Below, piece after piece: positions 29,485-38,042 of a stretch of DNA of 64,000 nucleotides (position 1 is its first letter; every line of letters begins with the position of its first letter). Source of the stretch: Cytophagaceae bacterium (lineage in GTDB: Bacteria; Bacteroidota; Bacteroidia; Cytophagales; Spirosomataceae); the NCBI GenBank assembly GCA_027491315.1, contig JAIXWL010000016.1:73454-137453 (forward strand). Direction: 5' to 3'. The translations under genes and the position numbers were made by a program. The notes under the pieces are model-generated. The model ran no database searches and had not been told where the DNA came from. It saw only the letters and a program-made list of their open reading frames with translations.

Positions 29485-29516
29485 GGCGCAAAATTCACTA
29501 GTTTTGCGCCTTATTT
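29485..29516 (+). terminator. Rho-independent terminator after aconitase
   Basis: GGCGCAAAA (29485-29493) pairs with TTTTGCGCC (29502-29510) around an 8-nt loop, followed by TTATTT. Confidence 0.75.
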
Positions 29517-29552
29517 CAGATAAACACCACCATTGTTCCTTAATTTTCCCAA

Positions 29553-30494
29553 ATGGCAGCGATTAATGCAGTAAAAATATTTTCAGGTTCAGCGTCCAAT
29601 TATTTGGCCAAAGAAATTGCTAAATACTACGGTAAAGATTTGGGGGCAGCTACGACATTACGCTTTTCAGACGGAGAAATGTCTCCAAGTTTTGATGAGT
29701 CAGTTCGCGGTTGCGATGTATTTATCATTCAATCCACTTTTCCAACGGCTGATAATCTGATGGAATTATTGTTGATGATTGATGCTGCACGAAGAGCTTC
29801 TGCCCATTACGTTACTGCGGTTATCCCTTATTTTGGATATTCTCGCCAAGATCGAAAAGATAGACCAAGAGTAGGAATTGGAGCCAAATTGATTGCGAAT
29901 CTATTAACAGCGGCTGGTGCTGATCGTCTTATGACCATTGATTTACATGCTGGACAAATTCAAGGTTTCATGGATTTTCCGGTAGATCACTTGGAAGGAA
30001 CAGCGATTTTTATTCCTTATTTGAAATCATTAGGGCTTGACAACCTCACATTTGCCTCACCAGATGTAGGTGGTGTAGTGAGAACAAGAAATATGGCAAA
30101 GTTTTTTAATGCCAATATGGTTATTTGCGACAAGCACAGAAAACGCGCGAATGAGATTGCATCCATGCAATTAATTGGTGATGTAGAGGGTGCCAATGTT
30201 GTTTTAGTGGATGATTTGATTGATACAGGTGGCACTATGTGCAAAGCCGCTCAATTAATCATGGATAAAGGTGCAAAGTCGGTGAGAGCAATTGTTACTC
30301 ACCCTGTTTTATCTGGTAAGGCTTACGAAAACATTTCCAATTCTGTGTTAACTGAATTGGTGGTAACGGATACCATACCTTTAAAAGAAGAATGTGCCAA
30401 AATTAAAGTTCTTACCGTTTCTGAGTTATTTGCAAAGGCAATCGGAAGAATTAGAGATCACGAATCTATCAGTTCATTATTTATTAAATATTAA
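29553..30494 (+). CDS. prs: Ribose-phosphate pyrophosphokinase
   Basis: 313 aa with DLHAGQIQGF and the PRPP-binding loop VLVDDLIDTGGT. Confidence 0.96.
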   Translation: MAAINAVKIFSGSASNYLAKEIAKYYGKDLGAATTLRFSDGEMSPSFDESVRGCDVFIIQSTFPTADNLMELLLMIDAARRASAHYVTAVIPYFGYSRQDRKDRPRVGIGAKLIANLLTAAGADRLMTIDLHAGQIQGFMDFPVDHLEGTAIFIPYLKSLGLDNLTFASPDVGGVVRTRNMAKFFNANMVICDKHRKRANEIASMQLIGDVEGANVVLVDDLIDTGGTMCKAAQLIMDKGAKSVRAIVTHPVLSGKAYENISNSVLTELVVTDTIPLKEECAKIKVLTVSELFAKAIGRIRDHESISSLFIKY

Positions 30495-30553
30495 TTTCAA
30501 CCGTTTTCAGAGGATAGCCACATGCGAAAGACTGGAAACTTAACAAAAACAAC

Positions 30554-31120
30554 ATGAAAAAATTAGAGATTGTAGGGTATAAAAGAGCGAATCTCGGAAG
30601 TAAGGGCGCGAAAGATTTGCGTACTGAAGCTTTAGCTCCCTGTGTATTGTATGGTGGAAAAGAGCAAGTTCACTTTGCTGTTCCGATGATTCTTTTCCGT
30701 GATTTACTTTACTCATCAGATGTTTATGAAGTATCATTAAACATCGAAGGTGATCAATACCGCGCTATTTTACAAGATGCGCAGTTTCACCCAGTAAACG
30801 AAATGATTTTACACGTTGACTTTTTAGAAATTGTTGATAACAAGCCTATTAAGATCGATGTACCTATTAAAATTATTGGTAACTCTCCTGGCGTTATCAA
30901 AGGAGGTAAAATGATCCAAAAGTTACGTAAAGTTACTTTGAAAGGATTAGCTGAAAACATTCCTGATTTTGTTACTGCTGATATTTCTGGATTAGATCTA
31001 GGACAAACAGTAAAAGTTAACAAATTAGTTGTGGAAGGATGTGAGATATTGAACCCAATGTCTAACCCAGTTGCAACGATCGATATCCCAAGAGCATTAA
31101 GAGGTAAATTAACTGCTTAG
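30554..31120 (+). CDS. rplY: 50S ribosomal protein L25 / general stress protein Ctc (long form)
   Basis: 188 aa. The N-terminal L25 domain contains RTEALAPCVLYGG...VHF, and the Ctc-type C-terminal extension is present. Confidence 0.88.
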   Translation: MKKLEIVGYKRANLGSKGAKDLRTEALAPCVLYGGKEQVHFAVPMILFRDLLYSSDVYEVSLNIEGDQYRAILQDAQFHPVNEMILHVDFLEIVDNKPIKIDVPIKIIGNSPGVIKGGKMIQKLRKVTLKGLAENIPDFVTADISGLDLGQTVKVNKLVVEGCEILNPMSNPVATIDIPRALRGKLTA

Positions 31121-31146
31121 TTCTAGGTTATCTTTCTGATAGAGAT

Positions 31147-31178
31147 AAAAAACGCCTTCCAATTGGAGGGCGTTTTTT
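31147..31178 (+). terminator. Rho-independent terminator after rplY
   Basis: ACGCCTTCC pairs with GGAGGGCGT (one G-U pair) around an AATT loop, followed by TTTTTT (31173-31178). Confidence 0.8.
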
Positions 31179-31179
31179 A

Positions 31180-31277
31180 TTAGGGATTAGAGGTTAGGGA
31201 TTAGTGTTTAGTGCTTAGGGATTAGTTGTTAGGGAATAGGGATTAGAGGTTAGAGGTTAGAGGTTAGGGATTATTGA
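31180..31277 (+). repeat. Tandem array of 14 degenerate heptamers, TTAGNNN (TTAGGGA/TTAGAGG/TTAGTGT types)
   Basis: Read directly in phase: TTAGGGA TTAGAGG TTAGGGA TTAGTGT TTAGTGC TTAGGGA TTAGTTG TTAGGGA ATAGGGA TTAGAGG TTAGAGG TTAGAGG TTAGGGA TTATTGA. Confidence 0.9.
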
Positions 31278-31379
31278 TTCGAATGGTAAAGAAGGGAGGA
31301 GCTTAATTGAAGTAATATGGAGAAAGAAATTTAAAACCTGTAATTCCATTCACCATATACATAAGAACTTATTCCAAAT

Positions 31380-31449
31380 TCACTAATCCTTAAAACCTAA
31401 ACACTAAAACCTAAACACTAATCACTAAACACTAATCACTAAACACTAA
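31380..31449 (-). repeat. Tandem array of 10 degenerate heptamers of the same family in inverted orientation
   Basis: The plus strand reads TCACTAA TCCTTAA AACCTAA ACACTAA AACCTAA ACACTAA TCACTAA ACACTAA TCACTAA ACACTAA. On the minus strand these are TTAGTGT/TTAGTGA/TTAGGTT/TTAAGGA units. Confidence 0.9.
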
Positions 31450-31483
31450 AAAAGGGCCAACCCTATTGGATTGACCCTTTTTT
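31448..31483 (-). terminator. Rho-independent terminator after hppA (symmetrical A/T tracts)
   Basis: On the minus strand GGGTCAA pairs with TTGGCCC (one G-U pair) around a 10-nt loop, followed by TTTTTT. The plus-strand stem coordinates are 31454-31460 / 31471-31477. Confidence 0.7.
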
Positions 31484-31501
31484 CAAACAACTTATGTAAA
31501 A

Positions 31502-33670
31502 CTATTTCTTGGCAATCACTTTCATCACAACAGGAGCTTTCTCCACGTGGGAAACCTTGCCGTCAGTTTTTGCAATGTAAGGAGCAATAACTAAAGAAAC
31601 GATGGACATCAACTTAATTAAAATATTCATTGATGGTCCAGAAGTGTCTTTAAATGGATCACCTACTGTATCTCCCGTTACCGCAGCTTTATGCGGCTCA
31701 GAACCTTTCTTATAAGTTACACCATCTATTAATACACCCTTTTCAAATGATTTCTTAGCATTATCCCAAGCACCACCAGCATTCGACTGGAAAATACCCA
31801 TTAAAACGCCTGAAACCGTTACACCTGCTAATAGACCTCCTAATACCTCTGGTCCCATAATAAAACCAACGATAACTGGTACTGACAAAGCTATACCACC
31901 AGGTAACATCATTTGACGAATAGAAGCCTCAGTTGAGATAGCCACACATTTTTCATACTCTGGTTTAGCTTTATATTCCATGATACCTGGAATCTCACGG
32001 AACTGACGACGAACTTCGTTCACCATTTCCATAGCTGCTTTACCTACAGCTGAAATACATAATGCAGAGAAAATGAAAGGAATCATTCCGCCAACAAATA
32101 AACCGGCTAATACATCTGCTTTATAAATATCAATCTGCGTAATACCCGAAATACCAACGAAAGCAGCAAATAAGGCCAATGAAGTCAAAGCCGCCGAAGC
32201 GATAGCAAATCCTTTACCAGTTGCTGCTGTGGTATTACCCACTGCATCCAAATTGTCTGTACGCTCACGAACCTCAGCAGGCAATTGTGACATTTCTGCA
32301 ATACCTCCTGCATTGTCTGCAATCGGACCAAAAGCATCAATCGCTAATTGCATAGCCGTAGTTGCCATCATACCAGCTGCCGCGATGGATACACCATAAA
32401 TTCCTGCAAAGAAATAAGAAAAGTAAATACCTGCTGCTAAAACCAAAATAGGTAAAACAGTAGATTCCATACCTACAGCTAAACCACCAATGATGTTAGT
32501 CGCATGACCTGTACCTGATTTCTGAACGATGGAGTCCACTGGACGTTTTCCCATAGCCGTATAGTACTCAGTGATGATAGACATCAAGGTTCCTACAATA
32601 AGGCCTACAATGATGGAATAAAACACATCCATAGCAGTAAAGCTGAATCCACGTAATACCAATGTTTCTGGCAAAATATTCTTCACCAAGAAATAAGAGG
32701 TTACAAAAGTGATGACAATCGATAAGTAGTTTCCTGTATTCAAGGCATTTTGCACAGAATCAGTTTCATTTTTAATTCGTACAAAGAAAGTTGAAACCAA
32801 AGAAGCTAATAAACCAACCCCAGCAATTAACATAGGTAATAAAACAGGGGAGAAGCCACCATAGTTGTCACTTACTTCAATTTCCTGGCCTAATACCATG
32901 GTTGCTAAAATTGTTGCCACATAAGAACCAAATAAATCGGCACCCATACCAGCCACATCACCCACATTGTCACCCACGTTATCCGCAATAGTTGCAGGAT
33001 TACGCACATCATCCTCAGGAATACCTGCCTCTACTTTACCTACTAAGTCTGCTCCAACGTCTGCAGCTTTGGTGTAAATACCACCACCTACACGAGCAAA
33101 TAAAGCGATTGACTCAGCGCCTAATGAAAAACCTGCTAATACTTCAATCGCTGTTTTCATCTCATTCGAAGTCAAAGCTTGACCTTGAGCAAAAACTTGA
33201 TAAAATGCAATAAACAAGCCACCTAAGCCTAAAATAGCCAAACCTGCAACACCCATTCCCATAACAGAACCTCCTGTAAATGAAACAGATAATGCTTTAG
33301 CCAACGAAGTTCTTGCAGCTTCTGCCGTACGAACATTAGCTTTCGTAGCTACAATCATACCGATATAACCAGCAGTTGCTGAAAATATGGCTCCGATTAA
33401 AAAGGCAACGGCAATTAAGGGAGAAGAGTGAAATCCAGGACCTTCCTGATTTCCTAACCACGCCAATAATATCGCAGTGGGAATTGCGAAATAGGCTAAT
33501 ATTTTCCATTCGGCTTTTAAAAAGGCAATCGCACCATCTGCGATATATCCCGAAAGCTCTTTCATTGTGTCATTTCCAGCATCTTGCTTCGATACCCAGC
33601 TAAATTTCCAAGCCGTGTACAACAATCCTACTATACCAAAAGCAGGAACTAAGTAAACAATTGAATCCAT
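31502..33670 (-). CDS. hppA: Membrane-bound ion-translocating pyrophosphatase (K+-dependent signature)
   Basis: 722 aa and polytopic, with the motifs [28 protein letters not shown] and [14 protein letters not shown]. Confidence 0.95.
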   Translation of the reverse strand: MDSIVYLVPAFGIVGLLYTAWKFSWVSKQDAGNDTMKELSGYIADGAIAFLKAEWKILAYFAIPTAILLAWLGNQEGPGFHSSPLIAVAFLIGAIFSATAGYIGMIVATKANVRTAEAARTSLAKALSVSFTGGSVMGMGVAGLAILGLGGLFIAFYQVFAQGQALTSNEMKTAIEVLAGFSLGAESIALFARVGGGIYTKAADVGADLVGKVEAGIPEDDVRNPATIADNVGDNVGDVAGMGADLFGSYVATILATMVLGQEIEVSDNYGGFSPVLLPMLIAGVGLLASLVSTFFVRIKNETDSVQNALNTGNYLSIVITFVTSYFLVKNILPETLVLRGFSFTAMDVFYSIIVGLIVGTLMSIITEYYTAMGKRPVDSIVQKSGTGHATNIIGGLAVGMESTVLPILVLAAGIYFSYFFAGIYGVSIAAAGMMATTAMQLAIDAFGPIADNAGGIAEMSQLPAEVRERTDNLDAVGNTTAATGKGFAIASAALTSLALFAAFVGISGITQIDIYKADVLAGLFVGGMIPFIFSALCISAVGKAAMEMVNEVRRQFREIPGIMEYKAKPEYEKCVAISTEASIRQMMLPGGIALSVPVIVGFIMGPEVLGGLLAGVTVSGVLMGIFQSNAGGAWDNAKKSFEKGVLIDGVTYKKGSEPHKAAVTGDTVGDPFKDTSGPSMNILIKLMSIVSLVIAPYIAKTDGKVSHVEKAPVVMKVIAKK

Positions 33671-33736
33671 AAAGTGTGTGTTAGATTATTCCAAAAAAAT
33701 TTGTCACAAAAATAAGAATTTTGGCGTAAAAAACAA

Positions 33737-36325
33737 CTAAAAAGGAAATCTAAGCAAGAGCTTGAAGCGCTCTGGAACCCAATTGCTCATAGGATAAGCA
33801 AGCTCTAAACCCAAAAATTTACCGATGCCTGAAATTCCATAAACAAGCTCCTGATAAGCACCTTGATTGACTCCTTGTAGAATTTGAAGTCGATTGTACA
33901 CAGCATATTCTCTAATACCATATTGGGTTAAGATATTCCACTGACTCAATAGTAATTTTCTTGGTTCCCATTTCATGTACAGTTTAATATGAGAGTCTGT
34001 AGTACTAAAAGCATAATAAGGCAAGGACCGGAATGATTGTTCATTTGCACTTATAAAATTGGTTTGATTCCCATTGAAATGGCTATAATCTAAAAAATTA
34101 GTAGCTTTTTGTAAATAAGTCGTATAAGACATTTGAAGATTCAAAGTACCTAATCGCGCTAAATTGATGAATTGACTATAATCAAAGTTTAAACGTTGAA
34201 ATTGATCATCACCCGTTCCAAATGCGTAGATAAAATTAAAAGATGGGCCTTCATTATTATTTATTCTCCTCACACCGTTGTATCGATTCCAAGTGGCTTT
34301 AGGTTGCCATCGAAATCCAAGAGAACTAGCCCACTGATTAGACCTTGCAGGAACTTGATTTCCCCAAGCTACATTTTCAGGCATATTGGGTTCAAAATGT
34401 TTATCTTGATTTAACCATCCATGTTCCACTGAGTTGCTTAAAACTTCTCTATTTCTATATTCAAACAAGGAAAGGAAACGTAAGCTAGGTGTAAATTGGT
34501 ATTGATAATTTAAACTCACATAGTTCTTTTGAAATAATCGAACATAGTTTTCTGATAAAATGAGAGAGTAAAACATGTTCAAAAATGGCGAAATAGGGTT
34601 ACTTCGATTAATTTGGAAGACATTACTACCAAGTTCAGCTTTGATATACTGCCGATTCTCATCAAAATTACGCTCCATAAACAAATCTCCATTCCAATGA
34701 TGCCGAGCTAGGGCATATCGCATATTTGCCCCTAAAGTCAGGTAATTATTTCTACCAAATCGATTTCTATATACAATGCTTCTATCCAGATAAAATCCAT
34801 CTACTGCATTAAATCCTCCACCTATGGAGCTTAAATCCAAACTTTTACCGATGAAATTCTTTTCATAATTATACAATTTACCGTAAAGCAAATGACCAAA
34901 TTTGAACGTGGGTAAAGCATTGATAGAATCCTTCCTTCTTTTATCTGCACCAGCAATCCATAAACTATCTGCTTCCTTATATCCCACTTTCTCAGCCTCG
35001 GTTAGTGGTACTTGTCGTTCTTCTTCCCAAAAACTCTCGGGTTTATTTTTTGATGTAGAATCCACTTCAAAGGTATAATCAGATGTCAAACCATCCATTT
35101 TGACCAGATTTTCCTTCTTTTCTTCCTTGTCTACTTTCTTTAAAACCTCTTTTAACTTTTTCCTAGTCAGCTCTTTCCCCAAGGCCATTTTGGGATCTTT
35201 AATCTTTTCTCGATTTATCTCTTTGGCTAGTTCTTTATTTAATCTCTCTTCTATGATGGCAGGTTTTACTAAAAAAGCAGGGTTAACCTTTATTTGATAT
35301 TGTTTGATTTGAGTGATGTATCTAAAATTTGCCTTAATCCCGAATGCATCAAAATTAACTTGAGAATCATATTGAATAGGCATCCAAACTCCCTGAAACT
35401 GGGCATTTTGTTGTGTAAATCCATAAGACCCATTGGAATCTTTAAATCTTAATTGGAAGGAATAAATGCTCCAAGTATCCTCTACTACTTGAACTGTCCC
35501 CTCAAATAAATCATCATAACTGGCCTTAGGTTGCACTTGTATTTTGCTGATAGTCAATCCGTCTTGTGTAAAACTACCTAAATAGGCAAACCGATAAAGT
35601 TGAAATGCCTGTGGACCAAAGGGCGACCATAAACCTCCCCATACTTTAGGTCGATAAAAGTTCGTTTGCGTAACGCGTAAGTTCAATCCTTGATTTAAAG
35701 CAGGAGGAAGGTTATTCCGGTTGGAAATTACCTTTTCTTGCAATCGGTTGGGCTTTTGATAACTAACTTGATTTATTCCTTCCAAAACATAGGTGCTGCC
35801 GACTTTAACACCCATTTCTTTTTCAATTTTTTTCCCACCTAACATTTTCACTAAGGAACTTACTTCAGTTACTTTCCCTGAGCCTTTAACATAGGCTTTG
35901 GCTTCGTAGGCATCTAATTCTTTTAAATGAAATGGCGCCATAGCAATCATCCTCCGCATAATGCCAATGGCTGGATCTTCCTTTAAACCTCCCACATTTA
36001 CCTCTGCCAAAGCCACGGCTTGTTCTTCTAGTATCACATCCAATAATTTATCTGAATTGGATGTTTCTAATTCAATGCTGAAGGTCTTTGGACTATGCCC
36101 TAAATACCGAAACACCAATGTGTGCTTTCCTATTCCTGTTTTAATGGAATAATTACCTTCTTCATTCGCAGTGGTACCCTTATTCAAATTCGATACCCAA
36201 ACCGTAGCAAATGGCATCACTTCACCTTGTTTATTTCGAATCGTTCCGTGAATTTGCTGAGCGCGTATTGTGGAACCAAAAAGAATGATAACAGAAAGGC
36301 TAAAAAGGAGTTGTATAAATTTCAT
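33737..36325 (-). CDS. Large putative outer-membrane protein with a carboxypeptidase-regulatory-like N-domain and a DUF5686-like body
   Basis: 862 aa with a signal peptide. An IHGTIRNKQGEVMPFATVWV...TTANEEGNYSI domain of CarboxypepD_reg type follows. The C-terminus ends LLLRFPF with a terminal Phe. Confidence 0.65.
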   Translation of the reverse strand: MKFIQLLFSLSVIILFGSTIRAQQIHGTIRNKQGEVMPFATVWVSNLNKGTTANEEGNYSIKTGIGKHTLVFRYLGHSPKTFSIELETSNSDKLLDVILEEQAVALAEVNVGGLKEDPAIGIMRRMIAMAPFHLKELDAYEAKAYVKGSGKVTEVSSLVKMLGGKKIEKEMGVKVGSTYVLEGINQVSYQKPNRLQEKVISNRNNLPPALNQGLNLRVTQTNFYRPKVWGGLWSPFGPQAFQLYRFAYLGSFTQDGLTISKIQVQPKASYDDLFEGTVQVVEDTWSIYSFQLRFKDSNGSYGFTQQNAQFQGVWMPIQYDSQVNFDAFGIKANFRYITQIKQYQIKVNPAFLVKPAIIEERLNKELAKEINREKIKDPKMALGKELTRKKLKEVLKKVDKEEKKENLVKMDGLTSDYTFEVDSTSKNKPESFWEEERQVPLTEAEKVGYKEADSLWIAGADKRRKDSINALPTFKFGHLLYGKLYNYEKNFIGKSLDLSSIGGGFNAVDGFYLDRSIVYRNRFGRNNYLTLGANMRYALARHHWNGDLFMERNFDENRQYIKAELGSNVFQINRSNPISPFLNMFYSLILSENYVRLFQKNYVSLNYQYQFTPSLRFLSLFEYRNREVLSNSVEHGWLNQDKHFEPNMPENVAWGNQVPARSNQWASSLGFRWQPKATWNRYNGVRRINNNEGPSFNFIYAFGTGDDQFQRLNFDYSQFINLARLGTLNLQMSYTTYLQKATNFLDYSHFNGNQTNFISANEQSFRSLPYYAFSTTDSHIKLYMKWEPRKLLLSQWNILTQYGIREYAVYNRLQILQGVNQGAYQELVYGISGIGKFLGLELAYPMSNWVPERFKLLLRFPF

Positions 36326-36435
36326 CTTAGGGATTTTGTAACAAAAATAGTTCCAGATTTGATAAGTAAACTGAATTTATGACAAAGGGTAAAATAAAGT
36401 AGTGAATAGAATTACCATTCCTAACGTAAAGAAGA

Positions 36436-36443
36436 TAAATTTG
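36436..36443 (+). promoter_or_regulatory. Candidate -7 promoter box (TAAATTTG)
   Basis: An exact TAnnTTTG match lies 15 nt upstream of the ATG at 36458, which would give a very short leader. Confidence 0.25.
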
Positions 36444-36457
36444 TTTTTCTTTTGATT

Positions 36458-37654
36458 ATGGCCATTACTCATCGACAACTTTTTCTTGATCATCTTGCTA
36501 AAACTTCTGATGCACCCTTAGCCTTGGAAATTGAAAAAGCTGAGCATATTTACTTATATGATGTTCAAGGAAAATCCTATATGGATCTAATTTCGGGTAT
36601 TGCCGTATCCAATGTAGGTCACCGTCATCCAAAGGTGATCTCCGCCATTAAAAAGCAATTAGATCAGTATATGCATTTAATGGTGTATGGAGAATACATT
36701 CAAAGTCCTCAAGTCCTACTTGCCCAAGCTCTAGTAAAATCAACACATTCAACCCGATTGAATCAAGTTTATTTTACCAATTCTGGAACTGAAGCAGTGG
36801 AAGGCGCAATGAAATTGGCTAAAAGATATACCGGTAGAACAGAAATTATTTCATGTTTTCAAGCCTATCATGGAGCTACGCAAGGGGCTTTATCCCTGGC
36901 AGGTGATGAAAATTTCAAAAATAGTTTTCGTCCTTTGCTTCCTGACATTCGCCATATTCGTCATGGAGCAGTAGAAGATTTAACACAAATCACTCATAAA
37001 ACAGCTGCTATTGTCATAGAAATAGTAGGAGGGGAATCAGGTGTAAGATTAGCTTCCAAAGCTTATTTTAGGGCATTAAAACAGCGCTGCCAGGAAACCG
37101 GCTGCCTATTGATTGTAGATGAAATACAAACAGGCTTTGGAAGAACAGGTACCTTTTGGGCATTTCAAGCCATGGAAATAGAACCTGATATTTTATTATC
37201 AGCCAAAGGAATGGGAGGGGGAATGCCTATAGGCGCATTTATTGCTCCAGAGGAAATCATGCAAACTTTAACAGAAAGACCTGTTCTGGGGCATATCACT
37301 ACTTTTGGAGGACATCCTGTTTCTTGTGCCTCATCTTTGGCTACCTTAGAAACTATCTTTGAGGAAGCATTATTAGAGAAGGTAGAAAGGAAAAGTCAAT
37401 TATTTAAAGACCTTTTGGTTCATCCCAGCATCAAAGAAGTGCGAGGAATAGGCCTCATGCTGGCCGTTGAATTAGATTCTTTTAAAACTGTCAAGGCTGT
37501 GATAGATGCTTGTATTGAGCAAGGTTTAATAACCGATTGGTTTTTATTTTGTGATTATTCCATCCGTATTGCACCACCTTTGGTGATTACAGAAGAGGAA
37601 ATAAAAATAGCCTGCAACATTTTGCTACAGGCTATTCACGAAGTTAATCAATAA
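36458..37654 (+). CDS. Class III (acetylornithine/ornithine/GABA-type) PLP-dependent aminotransferase
   Basis: About 398 aa from the ATG at 36458 (the track begins at TTG 36452). Motifs are FTNSGTEAVEGAMKLA and LIVDEIQTGFGRTG. There is no arginine or other pathway context to fix specificity. Confidence 0.8.
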   Translation: MAITHRQLFLDHLAKTSDAPLALEIEKAEHIYLYDVQGKSYMDLISGIAVSNVGHRHPKVISAIKKQLDQYMHLMVYGEYIQSPQVLLAQALVKSTHSTRLNQVYFTNSGTEAVEGAMKLAKRYTGRTEIISCFQAYHGATQGALSLAGDENFKNSFRPLLPDIRHIRHGAVEDLTQITHKTAAIVIEIVGGESGVRLASKAYFRALKQRCQETGCLLIVDEIQTGFGRTGTFWAFQAMEIEPDILLSAKGMGGGMPIGAFIAPEEIMQTLTERPVLGHITTFGGHPVSCASSLATLETIFEEALLEKVERKSQLFKDLLVHPSIKEVRGIGLMLAVELDSFKTVKAVIDACIEQGLITDWFLFCDYSIRIAPPLVITEEEIKIACNILLQAIHEVNQ

Positions 37655-37655
37655 A

Positions 37656-37979
37656 TTAAGCGTGCTTCAACAAAGCCTCAGCTAAAACTGATTTTGGTAA
37701 GTTACCGCCCACTAAACGCTCTTTCATTTCACCATTTTTGAAAACCATCAAAGTAGGGATAGAACGAATACCTAAAGATGCTGGTACAGCTGAATTTAAA
37801 TCGACATTCATTTTCGCAACAATCGCTTGACCCTCTACTTCACCTGCCAATTCCTCTACAACGGGTCCAATCATTTTACATGGACCACACCATTCAGCCC
37901 AAAAATCTACTAATACTGGTGTATCAGATCCTATTAACTCTTGAAAATTGGCATCAGTTGCCTCTACGTATTTTCCCAT
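37656..37979 (-). CDS. trxA: Thioredoxin
   Basis: 107 aa with VLVDFWAEWCGPCK and IRSIPTLMVFKNG. Confidence 0.95.
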   Translation of the reverse strand: MGKYVEATDANFQELIGSDTPVLVDFWAEWCGPCKMIGPVVEELAGEVEGQAIVAKMNVDLNSAVPASLGIRSIPTLMVFKNGEMKERLVGGNLPKSVLAEALLKHA

Positions 37980-38042
37980 GATTTATTTTTATTAAGATTC
38001 AAAATTAACATTTTTATTATTTGTATTGGAAAAATAGGTTAA

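Noticed and set aside
31278-31379. Mini-ORFs in the core between the heptamer arrays (MVKKGGA and MEKEI on plus, a 19-aa ORF on minus), preceded by a GGGAGGAG Shine-Dalgarno-like tract
   Set aside because: They are too short and unsupported, and Bacteroidota generally do not rely on SD sequences. I kept this only as a remark within the repeat finding.
31180-31449. Reading the TTAGGG-containing heptamer arrays as telomere repeats or as a CRISPR array
   Set aside because: The arrays are internal to a gene-dense bacterial segment between two terminators, and the units are degenerate (TTAGNNN), so this is not a chromosome end. The 7-nt units have no unique spacers between them and there are no cas genes, so it is not CRISPR.
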